DNA of 64,000 bases from Spirochaetales bacterium (GTDB lineage: Bacteria > Spirochaetota > Spirochaetia > Sphaerochaetales > Sphaerochaetaceae), in the NCBI GenBank assembly GCA_012523305.1, contig JAAYIV010000141.1:5161-69160 (forward strand), written 5' to 3'. Shown piece by piece: positions 29,741 through 38,905 of the stretch. Position numbers and translations under genes: made by a program. How positions within the stretch are numbered: position 1 is the first letter of the stretch; each line of letters starts with the position of its first letter. Under the pieces are notes generated by a model. That model made no database searches. It saw only the letters and a program-made list of their open reading frames with translations, and was not told the origin of the DNA.

Positions 29741-30502
29741 ATGCTGTTGGTGATGGATATCGGAAATACGAATGTCGTGATCGCAGTCCATGACGGTACC
29801 GATTGGGTAGGTAACTGGAGAATCTATAGCGATGCCAAAAAGACGAGTGATGAGTATTTCGTAATCGTCGAGCATCTTTTGGAAAACAGCACATTCAAGG
29901 GTACCGATATTACCGAAGCGATCGTGAGTTCGGTTGTCCCTAATCTCACGCGGGCGTTCCAGAAGGTAATCAAACAACTTGCTGGATTCGATCCTGTGAT
30001 GGTCACTCATGATATATGTCCTGGAATCAAACGTGAGACGATCCCGCCGGAGTTGGGATACGACATGCTCGCCAATGCGGTTGCGGGCCACAATATGTAT
30101 CCGAATGACAACGTCGCGATTCTGGACTTCGGAACCGCGTTGACCATCACGGTGGTCTCATCCAGCGGAGATTTGCTCGGAGCCTCGATAGCTCCCGGTC
30201 TGGTCACGGCTGTTAATTCACTCTTTCACAATACGGCCCAAATTCCTCAAGTCCAATTGAAAGTTCCTGAGAAAGCCATCGGCCGAGATTCTGACGAATC
30301 GATCCGAAGTGGTATCATGTACGGTTACGCCGGGTTGGTAAAGGAGCTGATCGCCAAAATGGAAGAAGAACTATCGCAATCCCTTAAGGTAATCGCTACC
30401 GGTGGCTTGTCGGCTACCATCGCTCCATTAATCGGAAGGATCGACAAGTTATCACCGCTTCATACGCTCGAGGGACTGCGCCTTATGGTGTCCTCGGGCT
30501 AG
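29741..30502 (+). CDS. coaX: Type III pantothenate kinase
   Basis: MLLVMDIGNTN, DFGTALT and ATGGL are ASKHA-fold CoaX motifs. 253 aa. Confidence 0.9.
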   Translation: MLLVMDIGNTNVVIAVHDGTDWVGNWRIYSDAKKTSDEYFVIVEHLLENSTFKGTDITEAIVSSVVPNLTRAFQKVIKQLAGFDPVMVTHDICPGIKRETIPPELGYDMLANAVAGHNMYPNDNVAILDFGTALTITVVSSSGDLLGASIAPGLVTAVNSLFHNTAQIPQVQLKVPEKAIGRDSDESIRSGIMYGYAGLVKELIAKMEEELSQSLKVIATGGLSATIAPLIGRIDKLSPLHTLEGLRLMVSSG

Positions 30503-31728
30503 ATCGTAAACTGACCATCTTTCATAATCACCACTTTCTTACCTTCACGCGTATGTGCCACGATGTCCATGTCGGCTGAACCGATCATAAAGTCAGTGTG
30601 GGTAAGCGATGTATTGCATCCGGCTTGTTTCAATTGTTCATCAGTCGTCAAGGACGCGCTATTTGAAAGACAAGATGGATACCCTGCACCAAGAGCGAGG
30701 TGGCATGAGGCATTTTCATCATAAAGAATCGAACCGAACACCTTTTTTGATCGCGCGATCGGAGAATTCTCATCAACCAGGGCGACTTCGCCCAATCTCG
30801 TGGCCCCTTCATCGATGGCAAGGAAATTATCCATTACTTTTTGTCCGACGCGTGCGGTACATGAGACAACCCTGCCTGAATTGAATTCTAGCACGACGTC
30901 CTCTACCAACGAGTCCATCACCGATACAGGGCGGGTCGTCCTGACAATTCCCTCGGCGGTATGCATGTCAGGAACAGAAAAGACTTCCTCGGTCGGAATA
31001 TTCGGTAAAAACCACGTACCATTTGGCAACGGGTCTCCTCCGCCTACCCATAAGTGTTCCTTCCTGAAGCCGATCGTGAGATCAGTTTCTTTAGCAGTAA
31101 AATGTAGCGACGAAATGTTCAGCGAATTCAATCGCTTGCTTCTCATGTCAAGCATGTTCGCATGTTCTTTCCAAGCTAGGCTCGGATCATCGGTATCGAG
31201 TCGTAAAATCGGAGCGACTGTTTCCCATAACAGTTCCACGGTGGCTTGCTCTCCCAGTACTTTTTTAGCCCATACGGGTCCCGGAACGCAAATAACACAC
31301 CAAGGGTGTTCATGGCGCATCCTGCTCTGACGGTAAATCGCTCCCCATTTGCTGGCAGCTTTCCGCATTGCAGAGAGTTTTGAAGCGTCCACATCCTCCA
31401 GCCAGTGGCGGTCTTCTGTGTTATCTATTCGGATGAAAGCCCAGTCTTTAGCCATCATCTCGTAATCTATCTGCTTTTGGTAATCGGGAAATATGGTAAG
31501 CTCCTCGATACTCTGAGATTCAATTTTTGTTTTTGTCAGCTGCGGGTCATCGATATCGATCACCACATGGAGCGCTCCTGATCGATAAGCGGTCTGAGCC
31601 AATAAACGGGCAAACTGATAGTTGTCATAGCCTGTCCTAATGTGTACGGATTGCCCATTTCTCAGTACAACACCCGATTCGATCACTAATTTCGCATACT
31701 CTTTCGCATACTGTTCGATACTACGCAT
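30499..31728 (-). CDS. M29-family aminopeptidase (AmpS/PepS/aminopeptidase T-like)
   Basis: 409 aa. Candidate metal-ligand motifs are present: NIPTEEVF, GEVALVDE, ENASCHLALG and SLTHTDFMIG. Confidence 0.85.
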   Translation of the reverse strand: MRSIEQYAKEYAKLVIESGVVLRNGQSVHIRTGYDNYQFARLLAQTAYRSGALHVVIDIDDPQLTKTKIESQSIEELTIFPDYQKQIDYEMMAKDWAFIRIDNTEDRHWLEDVDASKLSAMRKAASKWGAIYRQSRMRHEHPWCVICVPGPVWAKKVLGEQATVELLWETVAPILRLDTDDPSLAWKEHANMLDMRSKRLNSLNISSLHFTAKETDLTIGFRKEHLWVGGGDPLPNGTWFLPNIPTEEVFSVPDMHTAEGIVRTTRPVSVMDSLVEDVVLEFNSGRVVSCTARVGQKVMDNFLAIDEGATRLGEVALVDENSPIARSKKVFGSILYDENASCHLALGAGYPSCLSNSASLTTDEQLKQAGCNTSLTHTDFMIGSADMDIVAHTREGKKVVIMKDGQFTI

Positions 31729-31734
31729 GAAAAC

Positions 31735-31756
31735 CTCCTAACTGCTCCTAACTGCT
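31735..31756. repeat. 10-bp tandem direct repeat (CTCCTAACTG x2.2) between the two M29 genes
   Basis: CTCCTAACTG CTCCTAACTG CT. On the coding (minus) strand this duplicates CAGTTAGGAG, the Shine-Dalgarno region of the downstream M29 gene. Confidence 0.8.
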
Positions 31757-31772
31757 ATTTGATAATGATGTT

Positions 31773-32963
31773 TCAAGACCAGATATGACCTTCATTGATT
31801 ATTACGAATTCACTGCCATCGGAAAGAATCGCCCTGACAGTCATGTCCTTGTTTCCGAACGGTACGCGGAAACGGATGTCGCTCAGATTACAGCCTGTCG
31901 ATTGCTCCATCTGCTTAGCATCCTCGTATGTTTCAAGTGCTTCGAGATGAATCGCTTCACCCATACCGAATAGTACCGAACTGCTCAGATGTGTATCGAG
32001 GCTTAGCGTATCAAAACGATCGCATAAAGAACCGAGACTATAGTATTCATCGATCAGCGAGAGTTCTCCCAAACGTCTTGCATTATCTTCTTTTGAGAAG
32101 ACCAGATCAAGGATATCTTTTCCTTTCACGGCATCGTAGTCAACGACCATGCCTGAGCTGAATAAAAACTTTGCTCCGATTATCTCACGGGCCAAAAGTC
32201 TGAAAGGTCTTGTCGCTGTCAACACACCGTCTGTTCGAAATCGATCGGGCAGCATCGTGACACGATCAAGAGGGAGCATTGGGATGAAAGTCCTGCCTGT
32301 ACCCAAATGCATCAAACCTCCTCGCCATCGAGATTGGTCGACACAGGCTAGGGTGAGTTCCGTATCTTTGGTAGTGATGCGTATGTGGTCTATTTCGAGA
32401 CGATTCAACGTTACAAGTCGATGATTGACCAATGATATATGTTCTTTCCACGCCTGGACAGGATTGTTCTGATCAAGTTTGTACACCGGGGCAAACAATT
32501 CCCAAAGTTTTGACTCTTCGCAGTTTTTACCGAGAATTTTCGAAGCCCAAAGCGGGCCGGGAACAGCGATCATGGCCCACGGAGCCATGTGCCTATCCAA
32601 TTGTGGAGGTGCAAGATTTCCTGTTTGTTGCAATAATGCCATGCTTTCGATAATCTCATCCGCGCTGGCCTCAGGCTGCCAATCATGCTCTTCGGTATCA
32701 TCTATCCTCAAGAGCACGTGTCGTAGTGGTTCGTGTAAAGATTTTTCATTCTCGATCGGAGAAAACGAATTGACTTCTTCCACAACTCCATGTTCGATAG
32801 TGACAACGTTCACATCCTGCAATGTTATTTCACTCGCGAATTGCGCCAATTCGCTTGCAAATTCGAAGTGTGACCTTCCAGTGTTGATAGAAAGGCCTTC
32901 ATCTTGCCTTAACGCCAACATGACATGTACGATCACCTTTATGTAGTTATGCCGATAATCCAT
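31773..32963 (-). CDS. M29 aminopeptidase-like paralog, probably catalytically degenerate
   Basis: It is colinear with the neighbouring M29 protein (PWAMIAVPGPLWASKILG vs PWCVICVPGPVWAKKVLG; AWKEH in both; RLGELSLIDE vs RLGEVALVDE). The EE, H and HxD motifs are substituted. ATG 32963 follows GGGAGGA. The ORF track extends to 32999. Confidence 0.7.
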   Translation of the reverse strand: MDYRHNYIKVIVHVMLALRQDEGLSINTGRSHFEFASELAQFASEITLQDVNVVTIEHGVVEEVNSFSPIENEKSLHEPLRHVLLRIDDTEEHDWQPEASADEIIESMALLQQTGNLAPPQLDRHMAPWAMIAVPGPLWASKILGKNCEESKLWELFAPVYKLDQNNPVQAWKEHISLVNHRLVTLNRLEIDHIRITTKDTELTLACVDQSRWRGGLMHLGTGRTFIPMLPLDRVTMLPDRFRTDGVLTATRPFRLLAREIIGAKFLFSSGMVVDYDAVKGKDILDLVFSKEDNARRLGELSLIDEYYSLGSLCDRFDTLSLDTHLSSSVLFGMGEAIHLEALETYEDAKQMEQSTGCNLSDIRFRVPFGNKDMTVRAILSDGSEFVIINEGHIWS

Positions 32964-33059
32964 GATCCTCCCGATGCATATTGCCAATGCGAAGTACAAT
33001 AATATACTGTTACCGCTACAAAACCAAGAGGATTGCCAATTATTGATTCGCTGATGGTA

Positions 33060-33088
33060 TTGACCATCCTGTTAGTTTCCTGTATACA
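33060..33088 (+). promoter_or_regulatory. Candidate sigma-70 promoter for tRNA-Gly
   Basis: TTGACC-17 nt-TATACA ends about 25 nt before the tRNA 5' end. Confidence 0.5.
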
Positions 33089-33113
33089 TAACTTCCGTAA
33101 GAAACAGATGCAA

Positions 33114-33184
33114 GCGCCTGTGGTATAGTGGTATTACCTCAGCCTTCCAAGCTGAAGAGGCGGGTTCGATTCCCGTCGGGCGCT
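33114..33184 (+). tRNA. tRNA-Gly (anticodon UCC)
   Basis: GCGCCTGTGGTATAGTGGTATTACCTCAGCCTTCCAAGCTGAAGAGGCGGGTTCGATTCCCGTCGGGCGCT. The anticodon loop is CTTCCAA. It is very similar to enterobacterial glyT. No CCA is encoded. Confidence 0.95.
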
Positions 33185-33194
33185 CGACAACCAG

Positions 33195-33218
33195 CCTGGC
33201 CACGCCAGGTTTTTTTTT
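33195..33218 (+). terminator. Rho-independent terminator after tRNA-Gly
   Basis: CCTGGC-cac-GCCAGG followed by T9. Confidence 0.8.
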
Positions 33219-33231
33219 AGAGAGGTGGACC

Positions 33232-33480
33232 ATGGGAGTTCGAGGTGAAGTCTTTTCCAGCAGATTAGTCACTGGCGACAGAACATACTTTTTCAACGTG
33301 AAAGAGAATGTCTACGGTGATTTATTTCTCAACATCGTTGAGAGCAAAGGCATGGAAGGAACATCAGAAAAATTTATCCGCCAGTCAATTGTCGTGTACC
33401 AGGAAGATTTGGGAGAATTCGTCAAGGAGTTCCAGAAATCACTTGACTATATCGTACAAGCCAAATCAAAACAGAATTAG
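33232..33480 (+). CDS. Bacterial PUR-alpha-like (single PUR repeat, DUF3276-type) nucleic-acid-binding protein
   Basis: 82 aa. SSRLVTGDRTYFFNVKENVYGDLFLNIVESKG...QSIVVYQEDLGEFVKEF matches the PUR-repeat pattern (R.YFFDVK....G..L.I.ES.....IVV..ED...F). Confidence 0.65.
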   Translation: MGVRGEVFSSRLVTGDRTYFFNVKENVYGDLFLNIVESKGMEGTSEKFIRQSIVVYQEDLGEFVKEFQKSLDYIVQAKSKQN

Positions 33481-33483
33481 CAA

Positions 33484-34038
33484 TCAGTAGGTAAACGAAT
33501 ATCGCTGGATAGGACTCGGGCCATAAAGCCTGCAAGCTGCTTTATGGGCTTTGGTAGGATATCCTTTGTGTGATTCGAATCCCCATAACGGATATCGTTT
33601 ACTCAGCAACATCATAAGCCGATCACGGGCGGTCTTTGCCAAGATGGAAGCCGCCATGATCTGAGGAATCGTAGCATCGCCTTTGATCACTGCAAAGCAC
33701 GGTACATCGATCGAAGGGCTGCGATTGCCGTCGACAACAACCGAAGAAATCTGTAATCCCGATCTGGCAATTCTTTTATAAGATCGCTCCATCGCATGCA
33801 TGGTCGCCTGCAAGATATTGACTTCATCGATTTCCTTTCTATTAGCCCATCCGATTGCCCATGCAATAGCTTCATCTTTAATGATTTGTTCCAGCTTAAG
33901 CCTTTGTGATTCGTTCAATTTTTTCGAATCATTGAGCAAATCTATTGGAAAGTTCGGGGAAAGCACGACCGCCGCGGCACATACCGGACCAGCAATAGGT
34001 CCTCTTCCCGCTTCATCTATTCCACAAAGTAGTTCCAT
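33484..34038 (-). CDS. rnhB: Ribonuclease HII
   Basis: GIDEAGRGPIAGPV, DSKKL and the SIAAASI-like AASILAK are present. 184 aa. Confidence 0.95.
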   Translation of the reverse strand: MELLCGIDEAGRGPIAGPVCAAAVVLSPNFPIDLLNDSKKLNESQRLKLEQIIKDEAIAWAIGWANRKEIDEVNILQATMHAMERSYKRIARSGLQISSVVVDGNRSPSIDVPCFAVIKGDATIPQIMAASILAKTARDRLMMLLSKRYPLWGFESHKGYPTKAHKAACRLYGPSPIQRYSFTY

Positions 34039-34155
34039 ACATTCAGTCTAATGAGTTCAGGAGCTCGTGACAAGCATGCCGAATCTATGAGGAATTTGTA
34101 CAAACCCATCATTTCATGGTATACTCGCTGAGACTATCAATAGTGGGAGTTGCCG

Positions 34156-36993
34156 TTGTTCCTGAAAAGTGTAGAACTGTATGGGTTCAAATCATTTGCG
34201 GACAAGACTCGTCTTGAATTTTCTGATGGAACCACGAGCCTCCTTGGGCCCAACGGTTGCGGTAAAAGCAATATTGTCGATGCGATCAAATGGGTGCTTG
34301 GCGAGCAATCGACGAAGACTCTCAGAGCGAGTAAGATGGAGGATGTCATATTCAATGGCACTGACAATCGAAAGCCGCTCAATGTTGCTGAAGTAACCCT
34401 GACGATCAATAACGAACAACGATTACTCCCGACCGAACACACCGAGGTTGAAATTACACGCAGGATATTCCGATCCGGAGAAAGTGAATTTTTTATCAAT
34501 CGAACACAATGCCGGCTACGAGACATACGTGAACTCTTTTATGACACCGGGGTAGGAAAGTCAGCCTATTCGATTCTGGAACAGGGAAAGATCGATCAGA
34601 TACTTTCAACAAGACCCGAAGACCGTCGTTACATTTTCGAAGAAGCCGCGGGTATCACCCGTTATAAATCAAAGACCATCGAAGCTCAAAAGAAACTTGA
34701 AAGAACCCAAGAGAATATCGAACAGGTAGAAACGATATTGATTGAAGTGAAGCGGCAATATGATTCCCGGAAGAGTCAAGCGACAAAGGCTGCTAAGTAC
34801 AAAGAATTGGAAGAAGAAATGCTATCGATAGAAATCGATGCCAATCTTTCTACTGTTCAAGCATTATTGCTGCTTAAAGAATCAAAACAACATGATTTGG
34901 ACAAAGCACAAAACGACTACCAATCGCTCACAGATGAAATCAAGGCATCGGGCCAGGTGTTGGAAGAGCATCAAGAACTGATGCGGCAACAATCTGAGCG
35001 GCGAATATCGGTCCAGAATAGAATCCAACGTTTGGAAGAACAGCAAAACAGCAAAAAACAACAGTTGAAACTTGTTCAACAACGCTATCAGGATGCGTTG
35101 CGTAGTCATGACGAGGCAATCGAGCGGGCCGCCAAGATTCGTGAACGGATTGAAAGAGACAGTCTGGAAACCGAACAGCAGAAAGATCGTCTTGAACAAG
35201 CACGCGATCAAATCGCCATCTCGAAGCAACAGCTGGAAGCGAATGAGAACGAGTCCAAAAGAACTTCTCAGTTGATTGCTGATCATGAACATGAGATAGA
35301 AGAACGCGAAAAGAAAATTATCGAACTGGAAGGTTCCATGCGTTCCTTATCCCTCCGTTTGCAAACAATTACCGATACGATCGTAGCCGAACTTGACGAG
35401 AAGCTTAAACAAAGCGGTTATACTACGAAAGAAAGACAGAAAGCTGAAAGACTGTTACTTGAGGCACTGAGTCGAGCAACATCGGTAATCGATACCCAAC
35501 TGACTTATGCAACTTCGATCGCATCGATACGCCGACAATCGACCGATAAGAGTGATTATGACCGTCAATGGGTAAAAATCCTAACGGACATCAGGAGCCT
35601 GACCAACGATATCGAATCCCGATTTGAATCATTTAGAAGCACGATTCCATCATTTATTGACGATTTGTTGGCTCCCGAAGGAATCATCACCCAAAAACAC
35701 GTGATCGATTCGGAAATGGTAACGATTCGCAATCGTATGGACACCGAGCGCCGGGCGATCGCCGCTTTGAGAGAGGATAATCGTGGATTGACCGTATTGT
35801 TGAATCAGGTTGCCGAACGCAACATCCAATTGAACGCGATACTTGCTGATTACAGTATGAAAGCCAATACCGCCAAAGCATTGATAGAGAACATTGCCCG
35901 AACGATCGATGAGCAGCGTTTTTTGGAAGATGACGTTCTTCGGGATGCTGAAAACGCAAGCAAACGAGCCAAACAATGCACACAAGAGATGGAGTTGATT
36001 ACCGAAGACCAACATGATATCGCACGGGAATATGATGAAATGCAGAGTACTCTCGAAACCGTGATAGAATCTATCGACCGACAAAATAAATTGCTCTCAG
36101 AAGAACGCGAGGCGATGAACCTCCGTTATGAGAAACTTCACGCTATCCGTTCGGAAATCGATAAGTTCATGTTCCACATCGAGAATCTTACACAACAAAT
36201 CCAAGGTGTATACGGTACGTTTTTCGAACATTACGGCAGAAGCCTGAAAGAATATGAACATCGACTAGAAGATACCTTAGAAGATAGCAAGATCCTTCGT
36301 GAACGACTTACCCAGATAAAGAAGCAAATCCAGCAGATGGGATATATCAACCACATGGCACAAGAGGAATTCGCCGAAGTAAAAGAACGCTATGAGTTTT
36401 TGACCAAACAGATTTCTGATCTTGTGAAGGCAAAAAACGATCTTACCAGGATTATTGATGAGATACGTATTCGATCCGAACATCTTTTTATCGATTCCTA
36501 CCAGAAAATTCGTATTAGTTTTCAGGAAATGTTTCATAGGATGTTTGGCGGTGGAAGAGCTGAATTACGCTTGTTGGATCCTGAAAATGTGCTCGAAAGC
36601 GGTATTGATATCCTTGCCCAACCTCCCGGGAAAAAACTGGATAGGCTTGCTCCCTTGTCAGGCGGTGAAAAATCCCTCACCGCGGTGGCATTGCTGTTTG
36701 CCACATATAAAGTAAAACCCTCTCCGTTTTGTATCCTAGATGAAATCGACGCGGCTCTCGATGACAGGAACATTGGTTTTTTCCTCGATGTTTTGGAGGA
36801 TTTCAGCAAAGAATCACAATTCATAATCATCACTCACAACAAGCGTACGGTCCTAGGGTCCAAGACGTTGCTTGGAGTGACAATGCAGGAACATGGGATT
36901 TCAAAAGCGATCAGTTGGCGGATGGGATGGGAAGCTGACAAGGACACCATATTTACGGAACAGGTTGACATCCCTTCCGATAATACAGTATAA
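34156..36993 (+). CDS. smc: SMC-family chromosome segregation ATPase (short form)
   Basis: The N-terminal head is FLKSVELYGFKSF...LLGPNGCGKSNIVDAIKWVLGEQS. The C-terminal head is LSGGEKSLTAVALLFA...ILDEIDAALD. The middle is a long charged coiled-coil. The start is TTG 34156 after GGGAG. The ORF track starts at TTG 34150. Confidence 0.85.
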   Translation: MFLKSVELYGFKSFADKTRLEFSDGTTSLLGPNGCGKSNIVDAIKWVLGEQSTKTLRASKMEDVIFNGTDNRKPLNVAEVTLTINNEQRLLPTEHTEVEITRRIFRSGESEFFINRTQCRLRDIRELFYDTGVGKSAYSILEQGKIDQILSTRPEDRRYIFEEAAGITRYKSKTIEAQKKLERTQENIEQVETILIEVKRQYDSRKSQATKAAKYKELEEEMLSIEIDANLSTVQALLLLKESKQHDLDKAQNDYQSLTDEIKASGQVLEEHQELMRQQSERRISVQNRIQRLEEQQNSKKQQLKLVQQRYQDALRSHDEAIERAAKIRERIERDSLETEQQKDRLEQARDQIAISKQQLEANENESKRTSQLIADHEHEIEEREKKIIELEGSMRSLSLRLQTITDTIVAELDEKLKQSGYTTKERQKAERLLLEALSRATSVIDTQLTYATSIASIRRQSTDKSDYDRQWVKILTDIRSLTNDIESRFESFRSTIPSFIDDLLAPEGIITQKHVIDSEMVTIRNRMDTERRAIAALREDNRGLTVLLNQVAERNIQLNAILADYSMKANTAKALIENIARTIDEQRFLEDDVLRDAENASKRAKQCTQEMELITEDQHDIAREYDEMQSTLETVIESIDRQNKLLSEEREAMNLRYEKLHAIRSEIDKFMFHIENLTQQIQGVYGTFFEHYGRSLKEYEHRLEDTLEDSKILRERLTQIKKQIQQMGYINHMAQEEFAEVKERYEFLTKQISDLVKAKNDLTRIIDEIRIRSEHLFIDSYQKIRISFQEMFHRMFGGGRAELRLLDPENVLESGIDILAQPPGKKLDRLAPLSGGEKSLTAVALLFATYKVKPSPFCILDEIDAALDDRNIGFFLDVLEDFSKESQFIIITHNKRTVLGSKTLLGVTMQEHGISKAISWRMGWEADKDTIFTEQVDIPSDNTV

Positions 36994-37027
36994 ATCTTTA
37001 CGGTAAAGGCGATAGTTGTGGTGGAGA

Positions 37028-38362
37028 ATGTTTGATTCAATTAGTGCTCAGTTTGGAAAGATAGTTCGCTCTCTTTCAGGAAAATCAAAAATAACCGAGA
37101 AGAACATACAGGACGCTGTAGAAGAGATCAAAGTCGCTTTGTTGGAAGCCGACGTAAATCTTCGCGTGGTCCGCCGTTTCGTCAATAGGACGATGGAAGA
37201 AGCCACGGGAGAAAAGGTACTCCAATCGGTTGATCCCGGACAACAGTTCGTAAAAATCGTGTATGACAAGATGGTGCAGCTTCTCGGGGATGTCGATAAT
37301 CAGGGACTCATCCTCAAAGGACCCGACACGACATCAGTGGTATTGATGATGGGCCTTCAGGGTTCCGGAAAAACCACCACGGCGGCGAAGCTTGCTTATA
37401 GGCTGAAAAAACAAGGGCGACGTCCGCTTTTGGTTGCCGCAGACTTGGTCCGCCCGGCGGCTGTCTTGCAATTACAGGTGTTGGGAGAAAAAATCGGAGT
37501 TCCGGTCTATGCTGAAGAACATGCGAAGAATCCGGTATCGGTGGCAAAGAATTCTCTAGCCAAAGCCAAAAAGGAACAGTTCGATGTTTTGATAGTCGAT
37601 ACATCGGGTCGAATGCACCTCGATGAAATGATGATGGATGAGATCCACAACGTTTCTTCAGCCATCAACCCTGACGAACGTTTGTTCGTCGCCGATGCGA
37701 TGACCGGCCAGAACGCTGTCACCATTGCCCAGGAGTTCGAAGAAAAAGTCGGTATCACAGGCGTAATTCTCAGCAAATTCGATTCAGATACCCGTGGCGG
37801 TGCCGCGCTATCATTACGATCGATAGTCGGCAAGCCGATCAAATTCATAGGAGTGGGAGAGAAACCCGAGGATCTTGATCCGTTCTACCCAGATAGAATT
37901 GCCAGCCGTATCCTGGGAATGGGTGATGTGGTTTCGCTTGTTGAAAAAGCCCAGGAAACCATCGATATCAAGGAAGCTGAGAAAATGCAGGAGAAAATGT
38001 CCAAGGCGACGTTTGACTTGCAAGATTATCTTGATCAGCTGGATCGGATGAACAAAATGGGTTCTGTCGAGAAACTTCTCGAGATGATTCCCGGAGCGAA
38101 AGGCAATGTGAGCGAGGATGATATCGATACGGCTGAAATGAATAGGGAAAAAGCGATAATTCAATCCATGACCATGACAGAACGCCAAAATCCATATATG
38201 ATTGGACCTACGCGGAAGAAACGTGTTGCGAATGGAAGCGGAACGACGGTGTATGATGTGAATCGCTTGTTGAAAAAATTTGAGAAAATGCGGCTTGCCA
38301 TGAAGAAGTTCGCTAAAAATAAAAAATACCAAGCTTCAATGTTGAAACACATGGGTATGTAG
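37028..38362 (+). CDS. ffh: Signal recognition particle protein Ffh
   Basis: MFDSISAQF..., GLQGSGKTTTAAKLA, DTSGR, SKFDSDTRGG and a Met-rich M domain are present. Confidence 0.95.
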   Translation: MFDSISAQFGKIVRSLSGKSKITEKNIQDAVEEIKVALLEADVNLRVVRRFVNRTMEEATGEKVLQSVDPGQQFVKIVYDKMVQLLGDVDNQGLILKGPDTTSVVLMMGLQGSGKTTTAAKLAYRLKKQGRRPLLVAADLVRPAAVLQLQVLGEKIGVPVYAEEHAKNPVSVAKNSLAKAKKEQFDVLIVDTSGRMHLDEMMMDEIHNVSSAINPDERLFVADAMTGQNAVTIAQEFEEKVGITGVILSKFDSDTRGGAALSLRSIVGKPIKFIGVGEKPEDLDPFYPDRIASRILGMGDVVSLVEKAQETIDIKEAEKMQEKMSKATFDLQDYLDQLDRMNKMGSVEKLLEMIPGAKGNVSEDDIDTAEMNREKAIIQSMTMTERQNPYMIGPTRKKRVANGSGTTVYDVNRLLKKFEKMRLAMKKFAKNKKYQASMLKHMGM

Positions 38363-38384
38363 TTGAGTTGAGTAGGAGGAAGTT

Positions 38385-38654
38385 GTGAGTACGAGTATCA
38401 GATTGAAAAGATTCGGTTCAAAGAAGAACGCTTCATATCGATTGGTGGTTATCGATTCCCGATCGGCAAGGGATAGCAGATCCATCGAAGAAGTGGGACA
38501 TTACCATCCGGTTGAGAAGGACGAATCCAAACAGGTAGTCCTCAAGGAAGACAGGATCAAGGAATGGCTTTCAAAGGGAGCGCAACCTTCGACAACCGTT
38601 AAGAGAATTCTCAACAAACATAATATTTTCGTTGACAGAACTGTCCAGGAATGA
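38385..38654 (+). CDS. rpsP: 30S ribosomal protein S16
   Basis: IRLKRFGSKKNASYRLVVIDSRSARDSRSIEEVGHYHP is present. The start is GTG after AGGAGGA. Confidence 0.95.
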   Translation: MSTSIRLKRFGSKKNASYRLVVIDSRSARDSRSIEEVGHYHPVEKDESKQVVLKEDRIKEWLSKGAQPSTTVKRILNKHNIFVDRTVQE

Positions 38655-38671
38655 ATCCAGGAGGTTCCGCA

Positions 38672-38905
38672 ATGGAAAAAGATCTAGTTGAGTATATCGT
38701 CAAGTCATTGGTTGACAAACCCGATGAAGTCTCGGTGAATGTCATTGAAGGAGAACAGTCGACTATCCTTGAATTGAAGGTCGCCTCCGACGATGTCGGC
38801 AAGGTGATTGGAAAACAAGGCCGTATTGCAAATGCCATCAGAGTGATTCTCAGTGCATCTGCGACAAAAGGCGGCAAAAGGGTCGTCTTGGAAATCCTTG
38901 ACTGA
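38672..38905 (+). CDS. KH-domain RNA-binding protein (YlqC/UPF0109 family)
   Basis: LVEYIVKSLVDKPDEV...DDVGKVIGKQGRIANAIRVIL contains the GxxG KH motif. It holds the conserved position between rpsP and rimM. ATG 38672 follows GGAGG. Confidence 0.85.
   Translation: MEKDLVEYIVKSLVDKPDEVSVNVIEGEQSTILELKVASDDVGKVIGKQGRIANAIRVILSASATKGGKRVVLEILD

Noticed and set aside
32975-33040. The 9-bp direct repeat ATTGCCAAT, occurring twice about 55 bp apart upstream of the M29 paralog and tRNA-Gly, as a regulator-binding site.
   Set aside because: It is short, AT-rich and present in only two copies. That is within chance expectation for a 150-bp spacer, and nothing else supports it.
33072-33296. A 74-aa ORF on the minus strand.
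   Set aside because: It overlaps tRNA-Gly, its terminator and the start of the PUR-like gene. It is spurious.
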